A stretch of DNA of 64,000 nt, taken from an uncultured Planctomycetota bacterium (GTDB lineage: Bacteria; Planctomycetota; Planctomycetia; Pirellulales; Lacipirellulaceae). Every line of letters starts with the position of its first letter. Position 1 is the first letter of the stretch. Positions 61,701 to 64,000 of this stretch are shown piece by piece. The position numbers and the translations under genes are program-made. The notes under the pieces were generated by a model. It made no database searches and was not told where the DNA came from. It saw only the letters and a list, made by a program, of their open reading frames with translations. The stretch spans positions 224,001 to 288,000 of the forward strand of contig CAVRBU010000004.1 of NCBI GenBank assembly GCA_963719315.1, read 5' to 3'.

Positions 61701-61888
61701 CCGTATTTGTCGCGACCAGGTGGGGGCGACGAAGCGGGCGGATATTGTACCGTTTGAACTTCGCCAGCCGGAGTGGAGACGACAATTGTTTCCTGGGCAT
61801 CAATGCCGCGCGGCGCAATCGACACAAGCAACGAAAGAATCGCGACGCCAATGCCCCAGTCGAACTGTCGATAGAATTGTGGAGTCAT
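58787..61888 (-). CDS. Secretin N-terminal-domain repeat protein (GspD-N-like)
   Basis: Signal peptide. N0-like FNFIGQPWPDVMQWLA. Repeated NSVLVNAP..QMKVIEQTIDYLD, NRLLLWA and NSILV..EIQQLIEQFD. Confidence 0.8.
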   Translation of the reverse strand: MTPQFYRQFDWGIGVAILSLLVSIAPRGIDAQETIVVSTPAGEVQTVQYPPASSPPPGRDKYGQHGPPPGAQPGAQPGQPAQPGKPGEGDKKKEAEGGEKKEEPPTTVKRPEKPPRVPDPREFDVKLDNGRVPPFNFIGQPWPDVMQWLANISKCSLDWQELPNDYLNLTTQRAYSLDEVRDLINRHLNARGYTAVQSGDVLSVFKIEKLDPSLVRRVTEDQLYDLKPYDFVKVSFELPASMEVDKAKDDVKQLLSPTAKVFPLVATKRLLVMDSVANLRTVSELLNTERMIQDGRIVPKEFVLKHARPQQVIEILYVILGVDPKAKPAQTNPQMQQQQLQMMQQMQQQGRDVSKMMLPKADTPKVYLAYNRQRNSVLVNAPPEQMKVIEQTIDYLDVPFGTDGSSGAGATSNDQRTMKKYPLTSLDPEKFVSTLEEIGGLSPTAEFKVDDESKTLFALATAADHARISSLIDQFDGSGRQFEVIWLRKLPADAVAASINNLMGGQNEKDERSRRYDPWDYNPWRDRGEQKKKPVKGFGVDADIEHNRLLLWANEAEMTRVRDLLVKLGEIPNGQQDARPVRLIAPTDAKDTAALLEKLRAAWPASGGNELIIKAPAAKSPAPAEKQEPAEKPQPAPAAGAATDRATDASLLARVPAHFAQLDAAAPSTATAGAADDAASTAVAPAAPSAESSVAPPVKATAPPITITITDDGRLMLSSHDTAALDRLEELIEQLTPPEKRFRVFPCRYIRASEMWYDLTDFFKDDLEGKSGNYIRDWNGFLVPTGSQKESGSGLSKRRKLMITYDRPSNSILVANASATQLAEIQQLIEQFDKPTRSDSVEIRQTAAIKIQYSRPSIIAAAVKEVYRDLLSKRDKEFDRGDKREDRSGTEHMTVINYGGSNESESDRPTPLKIGFDGALSLGADDVSGVLIVSAQKALFDDIVRMVHELDNEAAPKTTVQVHQVNGNVSAKAIQQALEKAVGKAWLGNRPEQQPSQTGQEGNKKRSEKNRNGNRGDQQNNNNGNNGDGNSSE

Positions 61889-62014
61889 ATGGTCCGCTCC
61901 GCGCATTCCGCCAGACCTCTCCCATTAGCCGTGCGCGACTCCGTCATTATAGGCCGCCCGGCCATCGGCCACAAACATTGCGGGGGACCATCCATCGCAT
62001 GAATTCGTTGGCAT

Positions 62015-63016
62015 TCAGACCATTTCCGCCAGCACCGCGTCCACGAACTGCTCGGTGTTGGCCCTACCGCCGAGGTCGCCGGTGAGAATTCCGCCCCGCG
62101 AGAAAACCGCGCGTACCGCGTTTTCGATCCGATCGGCCGCCTGGTCTTCATTCAGGTAACGCAGCATCAGCACGGCGCTCAAGATCAGCGCCGTCGGGTT
62201 GGCGAGGCCTTTGCCGGCGATATCGGGCGCCGAGCCGTGCACGGCCTCGAACACGGCAACACCCTTTCCGACGTTTGCGCTCGGTGCCAGCCCGAGGCCA
62301 CCCACCAGCCCAGCCGTCAGATCGGAGACGATGTCGCCGAACAGATTCTCCATCACCATTACGTCGAAGGCCTGCGGATTGATGACGAGTTTCATCGCGG
62401 CGGCGTCGATAATGCAATCGTCGAAGGCGATATCGGGAAATTCTTCGGCCACGCGGCGACACATGCGCAGAAACAACCCATCGCTGAGCTTGAGAATATT
62501 CGCTTTGTGGACGCAGGTGACGCGTTTCCGACCTTGCCGGCGAGCCGTTTCGAATGCGTACCGGGCGATTCGCTCCGAGGCCCCTTCGGTCACGACGCGC
62601 AAACTTTCGACCACTCCCGGCACAACTTCGTGCTCTAATCCGCTATATAGCCCCTCCGTGTTTTCCCGGACGACAATCAAATCGACGTTTTCGTAACGCG
62701 ACGGCACGCCGGGTAACGAGCGGGCAGGGCGATAGTTGGCATAGAGACGCAGTTTTTGACGCAACTCGACATTCACGCTACGAAAGCCCGTGCCGCTGGG
62801 CGTCGCCGTCGGACCCTTGAGCGTCGCATGCGCATGCTGAACGGCGGCCAGCGTTTCGGCAGGCAGCGGGCTCCCGAGCTGGTCGAGCGCCGCTTGCCCG
62901 GCGAGGTGCGTCGTCCATGCCACGTCAATTTCGGTGGCCTCGACCACGCGCCGAGTTGCTTCGGTAACTTCGGGCCCGATCCCGTCGCCCGGAATGAGAA
63001 CAATTTGGTAGGTCAT
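62015..63016 (-). CDS. Isocitrate/isopropylmalate dehydrogenase family protein (NAD-IDH-like)
   Basis: [43 protein letters not shown] and [19 protein letters not shown]. Confidence 0.93.
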   Translation of the reverse strand: MTYQIVLIPGDGIGPEVTEATRRVVEATEIDVAWTTHLAGQAALDQLGSPLPAETLAAVQHAHATLKGPTATPSGTGFRSVNVELRQKLRLYANYRPARSLPGVPSRYENVDLIVVRENTEGLYSGLEHEVVPGVVESLRVVTEGASERIARYAFETARRQGRKRVTCVHKANILKLSDGLFLRMCRRVAEEFPDIAFDDCIIDAAAMKLVINPQAFDVMVMENLFGDIVSDLTAGLVGGLGLAPSANVGKGVAVFEAVHGSAPDIAGKGLANPTALILSAVLMLRYLNEDQAADRIENAVRAVFSRGGILTGDLGGRANTEQFVDAVLAEMV

Positions 63017-63061
63017 AATCGCCTCCAAAAGCGCCTGTTGCAGACTAATTGGTAACAGCGC

Positions 63062-63129
63062 TGGGTGTCTGGGGCAACGCCCCCGAATCAAATGGCAACA
63101 ATTGTTTGGGGCGATGCTTCAGACGCCCA
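63062..63129. repeat. Long imperfect inverted repeat (REP-related)
   Basis: Arms 63062..63083 and 63108..63129 are complementary at 18/22 nt, and 3 of the 4 mismatches are G-U compatible. Confidence 0.6.
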
Positions 63130-63223
63130 AAGTTGTGTAACTGTTACGGGCAACCGCGGCTATGATTTGGTATATTCACATCGCCGGTAGGAACAACAAA
63201 CCTTCGAGTGCAAGCACATCACG

Positions 63224-64000
63224 ATGTTCGGCGCCTACCTCTTATCGATGCTACTCGTGACCGGCGATCACGCCGCGATGAACCCATTGTTTCAGGAATT
63301 GCGAACGAAGGGCTTCGTGGTGGCCGGCGACATGCGCGTCACGCTCCCCGCGCCAACGATGCCCGACGGACTCGATGTCGCCGCTCAACAAGCTGTGCTC
63401 GCCAAAATCGTCGGCGATCGCTACCCGGTGGACGAATTTCTGCGCGAATCCGTCGTAACTCCCTTCGTACTTAAGTTCCCCGAAACACGCGGCGGAGCGG
63501 TCGCGGCCCGCGGCGTCGAACTGTGGTTTATCGTCTACGGCGATCTGAACGATCTCTCCAAGGTCGATGTGCTCAAAGATTTCACGAACTCCAAGAGTAA
63601 CGACGCTACGTTGCACGTACTCACGGCGAGCGAGTTGGAAGCCCGCCACCTTCCGGCGACGAGTGCGGACAGCGCCAAACACATCGCGACCCCAGGCGAA
63701 ACCGAAGAACGGTTCGCCCATACGATTGCTTCGATCCTAGACCACGTGGAATTGCACCACACGTTGCGCTGCGTTCTCAGCCGCAGCGAGGAATCGGTCC
63801 TGATCGCGACGTTGGTCGATCGTCGATTCGACGGCGACCGAGATTTTCCGAACGAGTATTACCGATTGATCCGTAGCGATACGGGCGATATCACGAAAGG
63901 CCCGGCCGAGCCTTATAGCGGCGCGGGCGGCTATATGAAAGCAACGCGACTCGCGCAACCCCCGGGGGCGATACTCGTCGAGTATCACTCGAACTACAGT
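63224..64000 (+). CDS. Hypothetical exported protein, truncated by the window end
   Basis: Frame from ATG 63224 reads MFGAYLLSMLLVTGDHAAMNPLFQELRTKG...LPAPTMPDGLD. It is absent from the ORF track, consistent with having no stop before the edge. Confidence 0.65.
   Translation, partial: MFGAYLLSMLLVTGDHAAMNPLFQELRTKGFVVAGDMRVTLPAPTMPDGLDVAAQQAVLAKIVGDRYPVDEFLRESVVTPFVLKFPETRGGAVAARGVELWFIVYGDLNDLSKVDVLKDFTNSKSNDATLHVLTASELEARHLPATSADSAKHIATPGETEERFAHTIASILDHVELHHTLRCVLSRSEESVLIATLVDRRFDGDRDFPNEYYRLIRSDTGDITKGPAEPYSGAGGYMKATRLAQPPGAILVEYHSNYS

Overview
GC-rich bacterial chromosomal window with a typical Planctomycetota (Pirellulales-like) gene repertoire: DUF1549/DUF1553-DUF1501-WD40 module, PVC-type heme-binding dehydrogenase, DUF1080 and a secretin-N-repeat protein. 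It holds about 42 protein genes, including housekeeping genes (ggt, rlmKL, sdaA, sodA, gltX, an isocitrate/isopropylmalate dehydrogenase), carbohydrate and cell-wall related genes, and two GGDEF proteins. There is one tRNA-Asp(GTC), one ISL3 element with terminal inverted repeats and a target-site duplication, and a REP-like palindrome family at convergent gene junctions. No CRISPR array, rRNA, prophage or integrase was seen. About a dozen small indels break otherwise intact genes, most likely long-read consensus errors. The 33.8-37.5 kb region shows what looks like real decay (two in-frame deletion/fusion events). The best candidates for undescribed biology are: (i) a two-gene exported operon rich in CC/CxC cysteine motifs (periplasmic-binding protein fused to a PQQ-like propeller, plus an NHL propeller); (ii) a translationally coupled GT2 + DUF4922 (HxHxQ) pair with nearby DUF819, NlpC/P60 and DUF5009 genes suggesting cell-wall salvage; (iii) a DUF1553 protein with a ~400-aa coiled-coil insert; (iv) a secretin-like protein lacking the pore domain. 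All family assignments come from motif recognition by eye, with no database search.
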